A stretch of 64,000 nt of DNA from an uncultured Actinomycetota bacterium (GTDB lineage: Bacteria > Actinomycetota > Actinomycetes > JAHEKZ01). The notes beneath the pieces were generated by a model. It worked only from the letters and a program-made list of their open reading frames with translations. It was not told where the DNA came from and searched no databases. Positions 40,530-51,708 of this stretch are shown piece by piece. Each line of letters begins with the position of its first letter. The first letter of the stretch is position 1. The position numbers were made by a program, and so were the translations under genes. The stretch covers positions 32,001 to 96,000 of the forward strand of contig CAVURN010000001.1 of NCBI GenBank assembly GCA_963743915.1, read 5' to 3'.

Positions 40530-41880
40530 GGAGAACACGTCCTTCCGGGTACCGGTACCTGGCGTTACTCTGCCGCAGCGCCAGGGCCGTGGCGAGCGTG
40601 ACGGGCCCGACCCGGCCGATGAACATCAAGAGGCCGAGCAGCACCTGTGCGGGCGCGTTCAGGTCTCCTGTCACCCCCGTGCTGAGGCCGCAGGTGGACA
40701 CGGCCGACACCACCTCGAACAGCGCCTGGTCGGTGGTGACATCGCTCAGGGCCAGCAGCCCCAGGGTGCCGGCCACGGAGAGGGCGGCGAAGACCACGAT
40801 CACGATCAAGGCCTGCTGCACCAGCTGCGGGCCGAGCCGGCGACCGCCCACCATGGTGTCGCGATCACCTCTGGCCTGTGCGCGGAGCACGAGCAGCAGC
40901 ACGGCCAGGGTGGTGACCCGGATGCCACCGGCAGTGCTGACCGATCCGCCGCCGATGAACATCAGGATGTCGGTGATCAGCCACGACTCCGGTCGCATGT
41001 CGGCGTAGTTGACGGAGTTGAAACCGGAGGAACGGGGGTTGACGCCTGCGAACCAGGCGTTGAGCAGCCCCTCGCCGGTCGACATCGACCCGAACGTCTT
41101 CGGGTTGGTCCACTCCGAGAGGCCGATGGCAGCCGTTCCGCCGACCAGCAGGAGGCCCGTCATCCAGAGCGTCACGCGGGTGTGCAAGGTCAGTCGTCCA
41201 CGCATCCGGCGGGTGAGCTCATAGAGAACGGGCACACCGATGCCGCCGAGGATCACCGCCAGTGAGATGGGGCCCAGGACGAAGGGGTCATCGGCGAACC
41301 CGACGACGCTGTCACTGAACAAGGCGAAGCCGGCGTTGTTGAAGGCGGTCACGGCGTGGAAGACACCCAGCCAGATCGCCTCGCCCAGCGAGTAGTCGTA
41401 GCCGAGCCACCACCGGATCGTCAGGACGACCGCGATGATCGCCTCCACGCTGAGCGTGAGCACGGCAACCCCTCGGACGATGCGCCCCACCTCGCCGAGC
41501 GCCACGTTGCCGGTCTCGGTCGAGGTGTACAGGCGGGCGCGCAGCCCGAGCCGCCGGAAGACGACGATGGCGACGATCGCGGTGCCCGTGGAGATGCCCA
41601 GACCGCCGAGCTGCACGAGGCCGAGGATCACCGCCTCGCCGAAGGTGGACCAGTACTCGGCAGTGTCCACCGAGCTGAGACCGGTCACGGTGACCGCCGA
41701 GGCCGAGGTGAAGAACGCGGTGGTCAGGTGACTCCCGCCGGGACCGCTCTTCGCGATCGGCAGCAGCAGGAGGATGGTGCCGACGACCACGAGCCCGAGG
41801 AAGGCCGTCGCCACGTAGGTGGCGGGACGGACGAGGCGGGTGATCTGGACCCGACCCGGCCTGCCTTCGCTCCCCGCCAC
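40522..41880 (-). CDS. trkH: TrkH/KtrB potassium-uptake membrane subunit
   Basis: SAVTVTGL, AFNNAGF, PRSSGF, STAGGIR and STCGLS pore-loop motifs; start uncertain (41880-41898). Confidence 0.92.
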   Translation of the reverse strand: MAGSEGRPGRVQITRLVRPATYVATAFLGLVVVGTILLLLPIAKSGPGGSHLTTAFFTSASAVTVTGLSSVDTAEYWSTFGEAVILGLVQLGGLGISTGTAIVAIVVFRRLGLRARLYTSTETGNVALGEVGRIVRGVAVLTLSVEAIIAVVLTIRWWLGYDYSLGEAIWLGVFHAVTAFNNAGFALFSDSVVGFADDPFVLGPISLAVILGGIGVPVLYELTRRMRGRLTLHTRVTLWMTGLLLVGGTAAIGLSEWTNPKTFGSMSTGEGLLNAWFAGVNPRSSGFNSVNYADMRPESWLITDILMFIGGGSVSTAGGIRVTTLAVLLLVLRAQARGDRDTMVGGRRLGPQLVQQALIVIVVFAALSVAGTLGLLALSDVTTDQALFEVVSAVSTCGLSTGVTGDLNAPAQVLLGLLMFIGRVGPVTLATALALRQSNARYRYPEGRVLLG

Positions 41881-41962
41881 GCGGCCTCCCGACCTCACGA
41901 TGCAGCCCCGGCGTGCGAGACCTGAGGGCAAACCTACGATGAAGGCGTGACCCAGCACCGGC

Positions 41963-43300
41963 GTGTCCGCGTGGCCACTCGTCGTGTTGTTCGGCGTCGT
42001 GGCCGGGTCGGCGCTCACCGCGTGCTCGGGCGACGAGGCCCCCGTCATCGAGACCGGAGAGGTCGGAAGGGAGACCGTCGTCGAGCGGGTCGAGGCTCCG
42101 GCGTCGGTCGTGGCCAACGCCTCCGCGGTCGTCACCTCTCCGGCAGACGGTTCCGTGGCTCGGGTCGTGGTGCGCGACGGAGCGACCGTCCGCAAGGGCG
42201 AGGTGTTGTTCGTGGTCGACTCTCCCGAGACACAGCAGCGGCTGGCTCAGGCCGAGGCTGCAGCCGCAGGGGCACCCGCGCCGGTCGACCTGCCGACGGC
42301 CCAAGCCGACAGCTCAGCGACGCAGGCCGCGTCCGACGCCTTCGATCAGGCACGGGACGCCGCCCGGCAGATCCAGGACAAGGATCTCCGACAGCAGGCG
42401 TTGCAGCAGATCGCCCAGGCCGAGGCACAGCTGACAGCGGCGCAGGCGCAGGCGCAGGCCACGGTCGACCAGATCAACTCCAGCATCGCGGCACTGGAGC
42501 GGACGCTCGCCTCGTTCACCGAGGTACAGCAGGCGCAGGTTGCTGCGTCCGTCACGTCCGCCCGTCGCGCGGTCGAGGCCCTGACAGTGCGGGCCCCGAT
42601 CGCCGGACGTGTGGTCTTCGGAGCATCGGCCGGGACGGGCGGCGGCGGTGACCTGTCGGGTCTGGTCGACCAGCTCCCCTCCTCGTTGGCGGGGCAGGCC
42701 GAGTCCCTGCTCGGCGGCGGTGACGCCGGGGACGGATCCGGCAGCAGCACGGGCATCGTCAGTGCGGGCAGCCCGGTGTCCCAGGGTGACCCGGTGCTCA
42801 CCATCACCGACACCTCCGAGCTCACCCTGCGAGCAGAGGTCGACGAGACCGACGTGCTCCTGGTGCGCAGGGGGGTCAAGGCGGACGTCGAGCTGGACGC
42901 GGTACCGGGCGGTACCTACCGCGGCGTGGTGCGCAACGTCGACCTGGCGCCCACCACGTCCGCCCGCGGCGGGGTCAGCTACGTGGTGCGGCTGGCCCTG
43001 GGCGGAGGAACGCTCGTCGACGGGTCGCCCGCGCCCCGTCCGCGTCCGGGGATGTCGGCGGTGGCGTCGCTGCGGGTGTTGACGGCGGAGAACACCGTGG
43101 CGGTCCCGGTCGCCTCGGTCTTCCGGGACGGCGAGCAGGACGCGGTCTGGGTGGTGTCCGACGGGGTCGCTGACGAGCGCATCGTCGTGCTCGGCGCCCA
43201 GGGCGAGGAGTACCTGCAGGTGGTGGACGGACTGTCGGTCGGCGAGACCGTGGTCACCCGCGGCGCCGACCAGGTGGTTGCCGGCGAAGAGCTGCCGTGA
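41963..43300 (+). CDS. Membrane fusion/periplasmic adaptor lipoprotein (MacA-like)
   Basis: Lipobox ALTAC; lipoyl halves SPADGSV and RAPIAGRV; coiled coil; VDETD; true start may be GTG 41947 if another +1 error is present. Confidence 0.85.
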   Translation: MSAWPLVVLFGVVAGSALTACSGDEAPVIETGEVGRETVVERVEAPASVVANASAVVTSPADGSVARVVVRDGATVRKGEVLFVVDSPETQQRLAQAEAAAAGAPAPVDLPTAQADSSATQAASDAFDQARDAARQIQDKDLRQQALQQIAQAEAQLTAAQAQAQATVDQINSSIAALERTLASFTEVQQAQVAASVTSARRAVEALTVRAPIAGRVVFGASAGTGGGGDLSGLVDQLPSSLAGQAESLLGGGDAGDGSGSSTGIVSAGSPVSQGDPVLTITDTSELTLRAEVDETDVLLVRRGVKADVELDAVPGGTYRGVVRNVDLAPTTSARGGVSYVVRLALGGGTLVDGSPAPRPRPGMSAVASLRVLTAENTVAVPVASVFRDGEQDAVWVVSDGVADERIVVLGAQGEEYLQVVDGLSVGETVVTRGADQVVAGEELP

Positions 43301-43998
43301 CGACGCCGGCGCTCGAGGCGGTCGACGTCACGCGCACGTACCAGCTCGGCGGCACCGAGGTGCACGCGCTGCGCGGGGTGTCGCTTCGGATCGCGCCGGG
43401 GGAGTACGCAGCGATCGTCGGACCGTCCGGGTCGGGCAAGTCGACGCTCATGCACCTGCTCGGCCTGCTGGACCGCCCCTCGAGCGGCGTCATCACCGTC
43501 GGGGGGAGTGACGCAACAGCCCTCTCGGACACCGAGCTGGCGGTGCTGCGCAACCAGACGATCGGCTTCGTGTTCCAGTCGTTCCAGCTGCTCTCACGCA
43601 CCTCGGCGCTCGACAACGTGGCCCTGCCGCTGCTCTACCGCGGAGTTCCGAAGGGAGAACGCCGACGCCGAGCGGCCGATGCGCTCGAGGCGGTGGGCCT
43701 CGGTGCGCGAACCGGTCACCGGCCCACCGAGCTCTCCGGTGGCGAGCAGCAGCGCGTCGCCATCGCCCGCGCCCTGGTGGGCGAGCCGGAGCTGCTGCTC
43801 GCCGACGAACCCACGGGCAACCTCGACACCCGCACCGGTGGTGAGGTGATGGAGACCCTGGAGCGTCTCAACCAGGAGCGGGAGGTGGCGGTCGTCCTCG
43901 TCACCCACGACCGCGAGATCGCCGAGCGCTCGCACCGGCAGATCTACATGCGCGACGGCCTGATCGAACGGGACGTGGCGCGTCCGGTGGCGACGTGA
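43297..43998 (+). CDS. ABC ATP-binding protein (MacB/LolD type)
   Basis: [30 protein letters not shown] and ADEPTGNLD. Confidence 0.95.
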   Translation: MTTPALEAVDVTRTYQLGGTEVHALRGVSLRIAPGEYAAIVGPSGSGKSTLMHLLGLLDRPSSGVITVGGSDATALSDTELAVLRNQTIGFVFQSFQLLSRTSALDNVALPLLYRGVPKGERRRRAADALEAVGLGARTGHRPTELSGGEQQRVAIARALVGEPELLLADEPTGNLDTRTGGEVMETLERLNQEREVAVVLVTHDREIAERSHRQIYMRDGLIERDVARPVAT

Positions 43999-45179
43999 GG
44001 CTCGCTGAGGCCCTCCGCGTCGCCCTCGACGCACTGCGCGCGAACCGGCTGCGCAGCCTGCTGACGATGCTCGGCGTCATCATCGGCGTCGCCGCCGTGG
44101 TGATCCTGGTGGCCATCGGCAGCGGCGCCAAGCAGGAGGTCGAGTCGCAGGTCGAGGGCCTGGGGTCGAACATCATCTTCGTCTTCCCGGGCAGCGTGGA
44201 GTTCGGCTCGGCGCCGTCGATCAGCCGGCTGCAGCTCGAGGACGTCGAGTACGTCGGACGGGTGGTGGGCAACCCGGAGGCCGTCGCGACGACGGTGTCC
44301 AGCGGTGAGGTCGTGTCGGTGGGCTCGAACGAGATCTTCAGCACGATCGCCGGGACGAACGAGAACGTGCCCAACGTGTTCGCCAGACCGGTGGAGCGTG
44401 GCGAGTACCTGACGGCGACCGATGTCGACACCCGCCGCAGGGTGGCGGTGCTGGGTAGCGGTGCGGCGGACGACCTGTTCGGGGACGTCGAACCGCTCGG
44501 GCGTCAGATCAGCATCGCCGGTGTGCGCTTCCGGGTGATCGGTGTGTTCGCCGAGGTCGGCAGCGCCTTCGGGGTCAGCCGTGACGGCGAGATCCACATC
44601 CCGGTGACGACCGCCCAGCAGCTCTTCGGCGTCGACCGGATCGACGCACTGGCGGTCAAGGCCCCGACCATCGACGACGTGGAACCACTGCGTGCGGAGG
44701 TGCTGGACGCATTGCGGGAGAAGTATCCCGACGAGGAGTTCTCGGCCGTCACGCAGAGCCAGATCCTGGGGACGCTCGGCGAGATCCTCGGGCTGCTCAC
44801 CCTGGTGCTGGCCGCGATCGCCGCCATCTCGCTGCTCGTCGGCGGCGTGGGGGTCAGCAACATCATGCTGGTGTCGGTACGGGAGCGGACCCGCGAGATC
44901 GGGCTCCGCAAGGCGCTCGGAGCCCGACGGCGCGACATCACCCTGCAGTTCCTCATCGAGGCGGTCCTGCTCACCACCGTGGGTGGGGTGATCGGGATGG
45001 GGCTCGGCATCGGCGTCTCGCTGCTCGCCGACGCGGTGTCACCGCTCCCGGCGGTGATCGCCTGGTGGTCACCGGTGCTGGCGTTCAGCGTGTCGGTGGC
45101 CGTCGGCGTCTTCTTCGGCGTCTTCCCCGCGCGACGGGCGGGCCGGCTCGAGCCCGTGGTCGCGCTCCGGACCGAGTGA
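43995..45179 (+). CDS. ABC permease (MacB/FtsX type)
   Basis: RSLLTMLGVIIG, NIMLVSVRERTREIGLRKALGA and PARRA..L.PV.ALR. Confidence 0.95.
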   Translation: MRLAEALRVALDALRANRLRSLLTMLGVIIGVAAVVILVAIGSGAKQEVESQVEGLGSNIIFVFPGSVEFGSAPSISRLQLEDVEYVGRVVGNPEAVATTVSSGEVVSVGSNEIFSTIAGTNENVPNVFARPVERGEYLTATDVDTRRRVAVLGSGAADDLFGDVEPLGRQISIAGVRFRVIGVFAEVGSAFGVSRDGEIHIPVTTAQQLFGVDRIDALAVKAPTIDDVEPLRAEVLDALREKYPDEEFSAVTQSQILGTLGEILGLLTLVLAAIAAISLLVGGVGVSNIMLVSVRERTREIGLRKALGARRRDITLQFLIEAVLLTTVGGVIGMGLGIGVSLLADAVSPLPAVIAWWSPVLAFSVSVAVGVFFGVFPARRAGRLEPVVALRTE

Positions 45180-45202
45180 TGGGGGCCGGTAGCGTGCCCG
45201 TT

Positions 45203-46394
45203 GTGAACGCGCCCGCCCGTGTGTACTGGCACGACGCCATGACGCGCTACGACTTCGGCCCCACCCATCCGATGAATCCGGTGCGCCTCGACCTCACGAT
45301 GCGCCTGGCCGACGCTCTCGGCGTCCTCGAGCACGTCGACGTCACGACGCCCTCAGCCCGCGTCCGAGGGCGAGCTGGGACTGGTCCACACCCCCGACTT
45401 CGTGCACGCGGTCCGCGCCTGCAGCTCGCCGGGGTCGGCGGACGCCCTCGCGGACGGGCAGCGTCACGGACTGGGCACGCCCGACGTGCCGACCTTCTCG
45501 GAGATGCACGACGTCACGGCGCTGATCGTCGGCGCGACGCTGGCGGCGGCGCGTGACGTGTGGGCGGGAGTGACCCCGCACGGCTTCAGCCCCGCTGGCG
45601 GGCTGCACCACGCGATGCCCGACGCGGCCGCCGGGTTCTGCGTCTACAACGACGTCGCCGTCGCCATCGCGGACCTGCTCGACCGCGGCGTCGAGCGCAT
45701 CGCCTACGTCGACATCGACGTGCACCACGGGGACGGCGTCGAGCGTGCGTTCTGGGACGACTCCCGGGTCCTGACCATCTCGGTGCACGAGGGGCCACGC
45801 ACCCTGTACCCGGGCACCGGTGTGGCCACGGACATCGGCGGCCCGACGGCCGAGGGCTGTGCCGTCAACGTCGCCCTGCCGCCGCACACCGAGGACGACG
45901 CGTGGCTGCGCGCCATCCACTCCGTGGTGCCACACCTGCTCGACGCGTTCTCGCCGCAGGTGCTGGTCACGCAGCACGGCTGCGACACGCACTTCCTCGA
46001 CCCGCTGGCCCACCTGGCGCTGAGCATCGACGGCCAGCGGATGGCGGCCGAGGCCCTGCACGGCTGGGCCCATGAGTTCGCCGACGGGCGCTGGATCGCC
46101 ACCGGCGGCGGCGGCTACGCGATCGTCGACGTCGTCCCGCGCACCTGGTCGCTGCTCATGGCGGAGATGGGCGGTGTGCCGATCCCGCCGGACACCCCCG
46201 TGCCCGAGGCGTGGCGGACGTACGTGGGCGAGCGCCTCGGCCGGACCGCCCCGCTGCACATGACCGACGGCGCCCTGCCGACGATGACCGACTGGACCAA
46301 CGGCTACGACCCCGCTGACCCGCTCGACCAGGCGATCCTCGGGACGCGGCGGGCCGTCTTCCCGCACCACGGGCTCGATCCCCTCCGCGACTGA
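45203..46394 (+). CDS. acuC: Acetoin utilization protein AcuC / histone-deacetylase family (one +1 frameshift near 45350-45360)
   Basis: YDFGPTHPMNPVR, GGLHHA, GFCVYND, DIDVHHGDG, QHGCD.H and GGGGY. Confidence 0.92.
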
Positions 46395-46570
46395 CACCGT
46401 GCCCAGGACCGGGCCAAGGGGCCGATCGGGTGACCCCCTGACGGGTGAAGCCCTGTCACGGCAGTTCCCAGCCGTCACATCCGTCACTACGCTGGCCGAA
46501 CGCGTGGGGGGACTCCACGGCTGCCGGAGGGGAAGCCGGTGCCCGCCCGTGCCGTAGGGATCGGTGAACC

Positions 46571-46783
46571 ATGCAGGAGAACGAACCGGAGCAGCCGCCG
46601 CTGACGGCGTCGGCCTTCCTCACCGTGGCCGAGGTGGCCACCCTGATGCGCGTCTCGAAGATGACGGTGTACCGCCTGGTGCACTCCGGCGAGCTGCCGG
46701 CGGTGCGGGTCGGCCGGTCGTTCCGGGTTCCCGAAGAGGCGGTGCGCCGGTACCTGCGTGACTCCTTCGTCGAGGCCGGCTGA
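46571..46783 (+). CDS. Excisionase-like HTH_17 DNA-binding protein (BdtA/Rv0500A-like)
   Basis: FLTVAEVA.LMRVSKMTVYRLVHSGELPAVRVGRSFRV. Confidence 0.92.
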   Translation: MQENEPEQPPLTASAFLTVAEVATLMRVSKMTVYRLVHSGELPAVRVGRSFRVPEEAVRRYLRDSFVEAG

Positions 46784-46886
46784 GCCGCTGGCCGGATTCG
46801 GCCCACCCCCAGGGCTGCCGGTAGGCTGGGCCGCCGGTGGCAGGCTCCGCCGCTGCCCGAACACTCCTGGAGAAAAAGAGCTAACT

Positions 46887-46985
46887 GTGGGTTCTGTCGT
46901 CAAGAAGCGCCGCAAGCGGATGGCCAAGAAGAAGCACCGCAAGCTGCTGCGCAAGACGCGCGTCCAGCGTCGTAACAAGAAGTAG
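46887..46985 (+). CDS. Ribosomal protein bS22 (AURKAIP1/COX24 family)
   Basis: MGSVVKKRRKRMAKKKHRKLLRKTRVQRRNKK. Confidence 0.93.
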   Translation: MGSVVKKRRKRMAKKKHRKLLRKTRVQRRNKK

Positions 46986-47007
46986 CCGCCCCGCATCGGA
47001 GGTCGTC

Positions 47008-48033
47008 ATGCCGCGCGTGGTGCTGGTCACCGGCGTCTCGCGGTACCTCGGCGGCCGGCTGGCGCGACTCCTGGGACAGCACCCTGAGGTCGAGCGGGTC
47101 GTCGGTGTCGACGTGATTCCGCCGCCCGACGACATCGGTGCCGCCGAGTTCGTCCGGGCGGACATTCGCAACCCGGTCATCGCCAAGGTGATCCGCGCGG
47201 CACAGGTCGACACCGTCGTGCACATGAACGTGATCGCCACCCCCGTCGGTGCAGGTGGCCGGTCGGCCATGAAAGAGATCAACGTCATCGGCACGATGCA
47301 GCTGCTCGCGGCGTGCCAGCGTGCCGCGTCGGTGAAGCGGCTGGTGGTGAAGTCCTCGTCCACCGTGTACGGGGTGTCGCCGAAGGACCCGGCCCTCTTC
47401 ACCGAGGACATGGAGGCGGTGCGGCTGCCTCGCGCGGGGTTCGCGAAGGACTCGGTGGAGGTCGAGGCCTACGTCCGGGGGTTCGCGCGGCGACGACCGG
47501 ACGTCGACGTGACCCTGCTCCGGTTCGCCAACATCATGGGGCCGGGCATCGACACCCCGCTCACGCGGTACTTCTCCTTGCCGGTCGTGCCCACCGTGCT
47601 CGGTTTCGACGCACGGGTGCAGCTGACCCACGAGGACGACGCCTTGGCGGCCCTCGAGCGCGGCACCTTCGCCGATCTCCCGGGCACCTACAACGTGGCC
47701 GGCGACGGCGTGATCATGCTCTCGCAGGCGATCGCACGAGCCGGACGCGTCAACCTGCCGCTGCCGCGGCCGTTCGCCTCGGTCACCCGTGACATGCTGC
47801 GGCGCTTCGGCTACATCGACTTCACGTCCGAGCAGATCGAGTTCCTGAAGTACGGGCGCGTCATCGACTCCTCGCGGGCGCGGGAGCGGCTCGGCTTCTC
47901 GCCCACGTACAACACCCGCCAGACGTTCGACGCGTTCCTCCGGGCGCACCCGCTGGGACGCGTGCTCCCCTGGGACGTCAGCACCGAGCCCGACGAGGCC
48001 ACGGTCACGACGATCGGGGGGCAGGCGCGATGA
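47008..48033 (+). CDS. NAD-dependent epimerase/dehydratase (GalE2-like)
   Basis: VLVTGVSRYLG, KEINVIGTMQLL and LGFDARVQ..HEDD. Confidence 0.9.
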   Translation: MPRVVLVTGVSRYLGGRLARLLGQHPEVERVVGVDVIPPPDDIGAAEFVRADIRNPVIAKVIRAAQVDTVVHMNVIATPVGAGGRSAMKEINVIGTMQLLAACQRAASVKRLVVKSSSTVYGVSPKDPALFTEDMEAVRLPRAGFAKDSVEVEAYVRGFARRRPDVDVTLLRFANIMGPGIDTPLTRYFSLPVVPTVLGFDARVQLTHEDDALAALERGTFADLPGTYNVAGDGVIMLSQAIARAGRVNLPLPRPFASVTRDMLRRFGYIDFTSEQIEFLKYGRVIDSSRARERLGFSPTYNTRQTFDAFLRAHPLGRVLPWDVSTEPDEATVTTIGGQAR

Positions 48034-48939
48034 GCGACGCCCAGGTGATTCCGCTCAACCCCGAGGGCGAAGGGCCGCAGGAGCCACGGTCTGCCGTCGT
48101 TCCCCGGAGAGCGCCAGCTCGCTGGTGCCCTGCGGTTCCTGCGCACGCGCGTGGAGGGCAGGTACGAGGTCGACGAGTTCGGCTTCGACCGCCAGCTGAC
48201 CCACGACGTCCTGGTGCCGAGCCTCCGGCCGCTGTACGAGAAGTGGTTCCGGGTGGAGGTCCACGGCATCGAGAACGTCCCCGCCACCGGCGGTGCCCTC
48301 ATCGTGGCCAACCACTCCGGGACGGTCGCCCTCGACTCGCTCATGACCCAGGTGGCGCTGTACGACCACCATCCTCAGCACCGCGAGCTGCGCATGCTCG
48401 GCGCCGACCTCGTCTTCGCGCTGCCGGTGATCGGCATGTTGGCGCGCCGCGCCGGACACACGCTCGCCTGCAACGAGGACGCCGAACGCCTCCTGTCGTC
48501 CGGCGAGCTGGTCGGCGTCTGGCCCGAGGGCTTCAAGGGGATCGGCAAGCCGTACTCCGAGCGCTACCGCCTGCAACGGTTCGGTCGCGGTGGCTTCGTG
48601 TCGGCTGCGCTGCGCGCGCGCGTGCCGATCGTGCCCGTCTCGATCGTCGGCGCCGAGGAGATCTACCCGATCCTCGCCGACGCCAAGCTGCTCGCGCGTG
48701 TGCTCGGACTGCCCTACTTCCCGATCACGCCGACCTTCCCGTGGCTGGGACCGCTCGGGGCGATCCCGCTGCCGAGCAAGTGGCACATCGAGTTCGGCGA
48801 GCCGATCGCCACCGACGTGTTCACCGAGGGTGCGGCCGACGACCCGATGCTGATGTTCAACCTGACCGACCAGGTCCGCGAGACGATCCAGCACACGCTC
48901 TACAAGCTGCTGATGCAGCGCAAGAGCGTCTTCTTCTGA
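48030..48939 (+). CDS. Lysophospholipid acyltransferase family protein (one +1 frameshift near 48060-48105)
   Basis: MSDAQVIPL start, YEVDEFGFD, ANHSG..D, WPEGFKG and FGRGGF. Confidence 0.88.
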
Positions 48940-48952
48940 CCGACGGTCCGGC

Positions 48953-49831
48953 TCAGGTCCGGTGGTGCCGGCGGCTGGACAGGACGCCGGCCGCCACGCC
49001 CGCGGCCGCACCGACGACCAACGCTGAGGGCACGCCGATCTTCGCGGCCTTGCGTCCCGTCCGGTAGTCGTGCACGTGCCACCCCATGGCTTTGGCGTGC
49101 CGGCGCAGCTTGGCATCGGGGTTGATCGCGGTGGGCTGCCCGACCAACGACAGCATCGGGATGTCGTTGGACGAGTCGGAGTAGGCCGCGCACTGGCGAA
49201 GGTCGAGCCCTTCCCGCTCGGCGAGCGCCCGGACCGCCTCCGCCTTCGCCGGCCCGTGCAGTGGAGCGCCGGCGAGGCGTCCGGTGTAGACCCCACCCTC
49301 GATCTCGGACACGGTGCCCAGAGCGCCGGTCAGCTCGAGCTTCGCGGCGATGAGCGACGCCAGCTCAACCGGCGCGGCGGAGACGAGCCACACGCGCTGA
49401 CCCTGTCGCAGGTGCTCGCGGGCCAGGGCGATGGTCTGGTCGTAGAGCTTCTCCTGGATCCGCTCGTCGAAGATCTCGTCCCCCAGGGAGACGACCTCGT
49501 CGACGGTGTGCCCAGCCACGAAGGAGAGGGCGGCGTCGATGGCCGAGGCCATGTCCTCGGTGTCCTCCTTGCCGGCGACGCGGTACTTGGCCTGCTTCCA
49601 GGCGAAGGCCGAGACGTCACTCAGGGTGAAGAACTTGCGCTTGGCGAGTCCACGCGCGAGGTGGAACAACGAGGCACCGCGGACGACCGTGTTGTCGATG
49701 TCGAAGAACGCGGCCGCGTGCCGGTCGAGATGGATCTCCTGGGTGGTCTCGGCGCGCTCCGCAGCTGCCTCACCCGCCACCACTGCCGGCGGTCGCCCGT
49801 CACGCCACGGCAGTCGTCTCTCCGAGCTCAC
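48953..49831 (-). CDS. HAD-IB hydrolase (SerB1-like)
   Basis: AAFFDIDNT, WLVSA, HGPAK, AYSDSSND and INPD. Confidence 0.92.
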   Translation of the reverse strand: MSSERRLPWRDGRPPAVVAGEAAAERAETTQEIHLDRHAAAFFDIDNTVVRGASLFHLARGLAKRKFFTLSDVSAFAWKQAKYRVAGKEDTEDMASAIDAALSFVAGHTVDEVVSLGDEIFDERIQEKLYDQTIALAREHLRQGQRVWLVSAAPVELASLIAAKLELTGALGTVSEIEGGVYTGRLAGAPLHGPAKAEAVRALAEREGLDLRQCAAYSDSSNDIPMLSLVGQPTAINPDAKLRRHAKAMGWHVHDYRTGRKAAKIGVPSALVVGAAAGVAAGVLSSRRHHRT

Positions 49832-49911
49832 CGCACCACCCTAGGCCTGCCGGGTGGGCTCTCTGCCGACCTCGCAGTCCGGCCCATGCCGCTGTGCCAG
49901 ACTCCGACGGT

Positions 49912-51427
49912 GTGAGCACCGCACGGCCCGCGCATCTGGGCGAGTACCTCTCCCGGGCCGCTCGACGGCGCCCGGACCACCCTGCGCTGGTGGTCGGGGC
50001 CCTGAGACTGACCTGGGCCGACGTCGACCAGGCTGCTGACGCCTGCGCCGCGGGCTTGCGAGCGAGGGGCATCCGCCACGGGGACCGCGTCGGACTGTTC
50101 CTCGGGAACCGACCAGAGCTGGTGACGGCGTACTTCGGCATCCTGCGCGCCGGCGCGGTGGTCGTGCCGCTCAACGCGGGCCTCACCGCGCCGGAGATCC
50201 GCCAGCTCGTCGAGATCGCCGGCGTCAGCCTGCTGGTGGTCGACCGCGGAACCGCCGACGTCGCGGCCGCGGCCACGCCAGACGTCCCGTGCGTGGTCGT
50301 CGGGGCAGGGCAGGGCGCTGCCGGCTACGAGGCGCTGCTCTCGGCCGGTGAGGGGGAGTCGGTGCCGGAAGCACCAGGGGATGAGGCGCTGGCGCTGCTG
50401 ATCTTCACCTCGGGCACCTCGGGCGTCCCCAAGGGAGCGATGCTGAGCCATCGTGCCCTGGTGGCGAGCGTCGAGCAGGTGGCGTACACCGCGGTGCCCG
50501 TCGTCACACCCGGACGACGTCGTGCTGATGAACCTGCCGTTGTCGCACGTCTACTCGCTCGCCGGCACGCTCGGTGCCTTGGTGCGGGTGGCGGCGACTG
50601 CTGTGCTCGTCGAAGGCGTCGACCTTGCACGGACCCTGCGGATGGTTCCCGAGTGCGGGATCACGAACGTGCCGGGCGTCCCCGGCATGTGGGCGGCGTG
50701 GGCGGCCGACCCAGCGGCAGCCGACGCCCTCGCGGGCGTGCGGATCGGGTTCAGCGGGTCAGCTCCGCTGCCGGTGGAGGTGCAGGAGGCCGTGCACCAG
50801 GTGACGGGCTGGTACCTCCACGAGGGGTACGGGCTCACCGAGGCGTGTCCGGGGGTCAGCTCGACGGTCGTCTCGGGCGTGGCCAGACCCGGATCGGTCG
50901 GACGTCCACTGCCCGGCGTCGATGTCCGCCTGGTCGACGAGGAGGGCGAGGACGTCGACCCTTCCGACGGGGATCCCGGCGAGATCTTGATCCGCGGCCG
51001 GAACCTCTTCAGCGGCTACTGGCCGGACGGCTCCGGCGGGCCGGACGCCGAGGGGTGGTTCGCAACGGGGGACGTCGCCTACCTCGACGACGACGGCAAC
51101 TTGCACATCGTCGACCGGCGCAATGACGTCGTCATCGTGAGCGGATTCAACGTCTATCCGCATGAGGTCGAGGCGGTCCTCATGCAGCACCCCGACGTGG
51201 CCGAGGCTGCCGCCGTCGGTGTTCCGGACGACCACACCGGCGAAGCGGTCAAGGCCTACGTCGTGCTCCGGGATGAGAAGACGTCAGTGACCGATCTGCA
51301 GGAGCACTGCACCGGCCGGCTCGCGCGGTTCAAGCGACCACGAGAGATCGTGGTGGTCGACGCACTTCCGCACACCGTCATGGGCAAGGTCGTCAGAGGT
51401 CAGCTCGATCACGGTGTCGAGGGATGA
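49912..51427 (+). CDS. Acyl-CoA synthetase / AMP-binding protein (one +1 frameshift near 50509)
   Basis: FTSGTSGVPKG, EGYGLTE, GWFATGD, VSGFNVYP and GKV. Confidence 0.9.
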
Positions 51428-51666
51428 CCACCCCCCGCATCACCCTGCTGAGCAAGCCGGGCTGCCACCTCTGCGACGACGCCCGTGCCGTCGTCGAGCG
51501 CGTGGCGTCCGACCTGGGTGTGGACTGGGAGGAGGTCGACATCACCAGCGATCCGGATCTGCAGGCCAAGTGGTGGGAGCAGATCCCCGTGACGCTGGTC
51601 GACGGCGTCCAGCACGACTACTGGCGGGTCGACGAGCAGCGGCTCCGTTCGGCGCTCGCTCGCTGA
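51424..51666 (+). CDS. Glutaredoxin-like protein (DUF836)
   Basis: KPGCHLCDDA and EQIPVTLVDG..HDYWRV. Confidence 0.92.
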   Translation: MTTPRITLLSKPGCHLCDDARAVVERVASDLGVDWEEVDITSDPDLQAKWWEQIPVTLVDGVQHDYWRVDEQRLRSALAR

Positions 51667-51708
51667 GGCGGGTACGGGGCTCGCAAAGGCACCTGGGACA
51701 GTGGCGGG

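Noticed and set aside
28233-41880. disA and trkA/trkH as a dedicated c-di-AMP signalling island
   Set aside because: They are more than 10 kb apart with unrelated genes between; disA-radA is a standard locus
46571-46783. Excisionase-like gene as evidence of a prophage or ICE
   Set aside because: It is the conserved chromosomal HTH_17 gene next to bS22; no integrase, att site or phage genes are present
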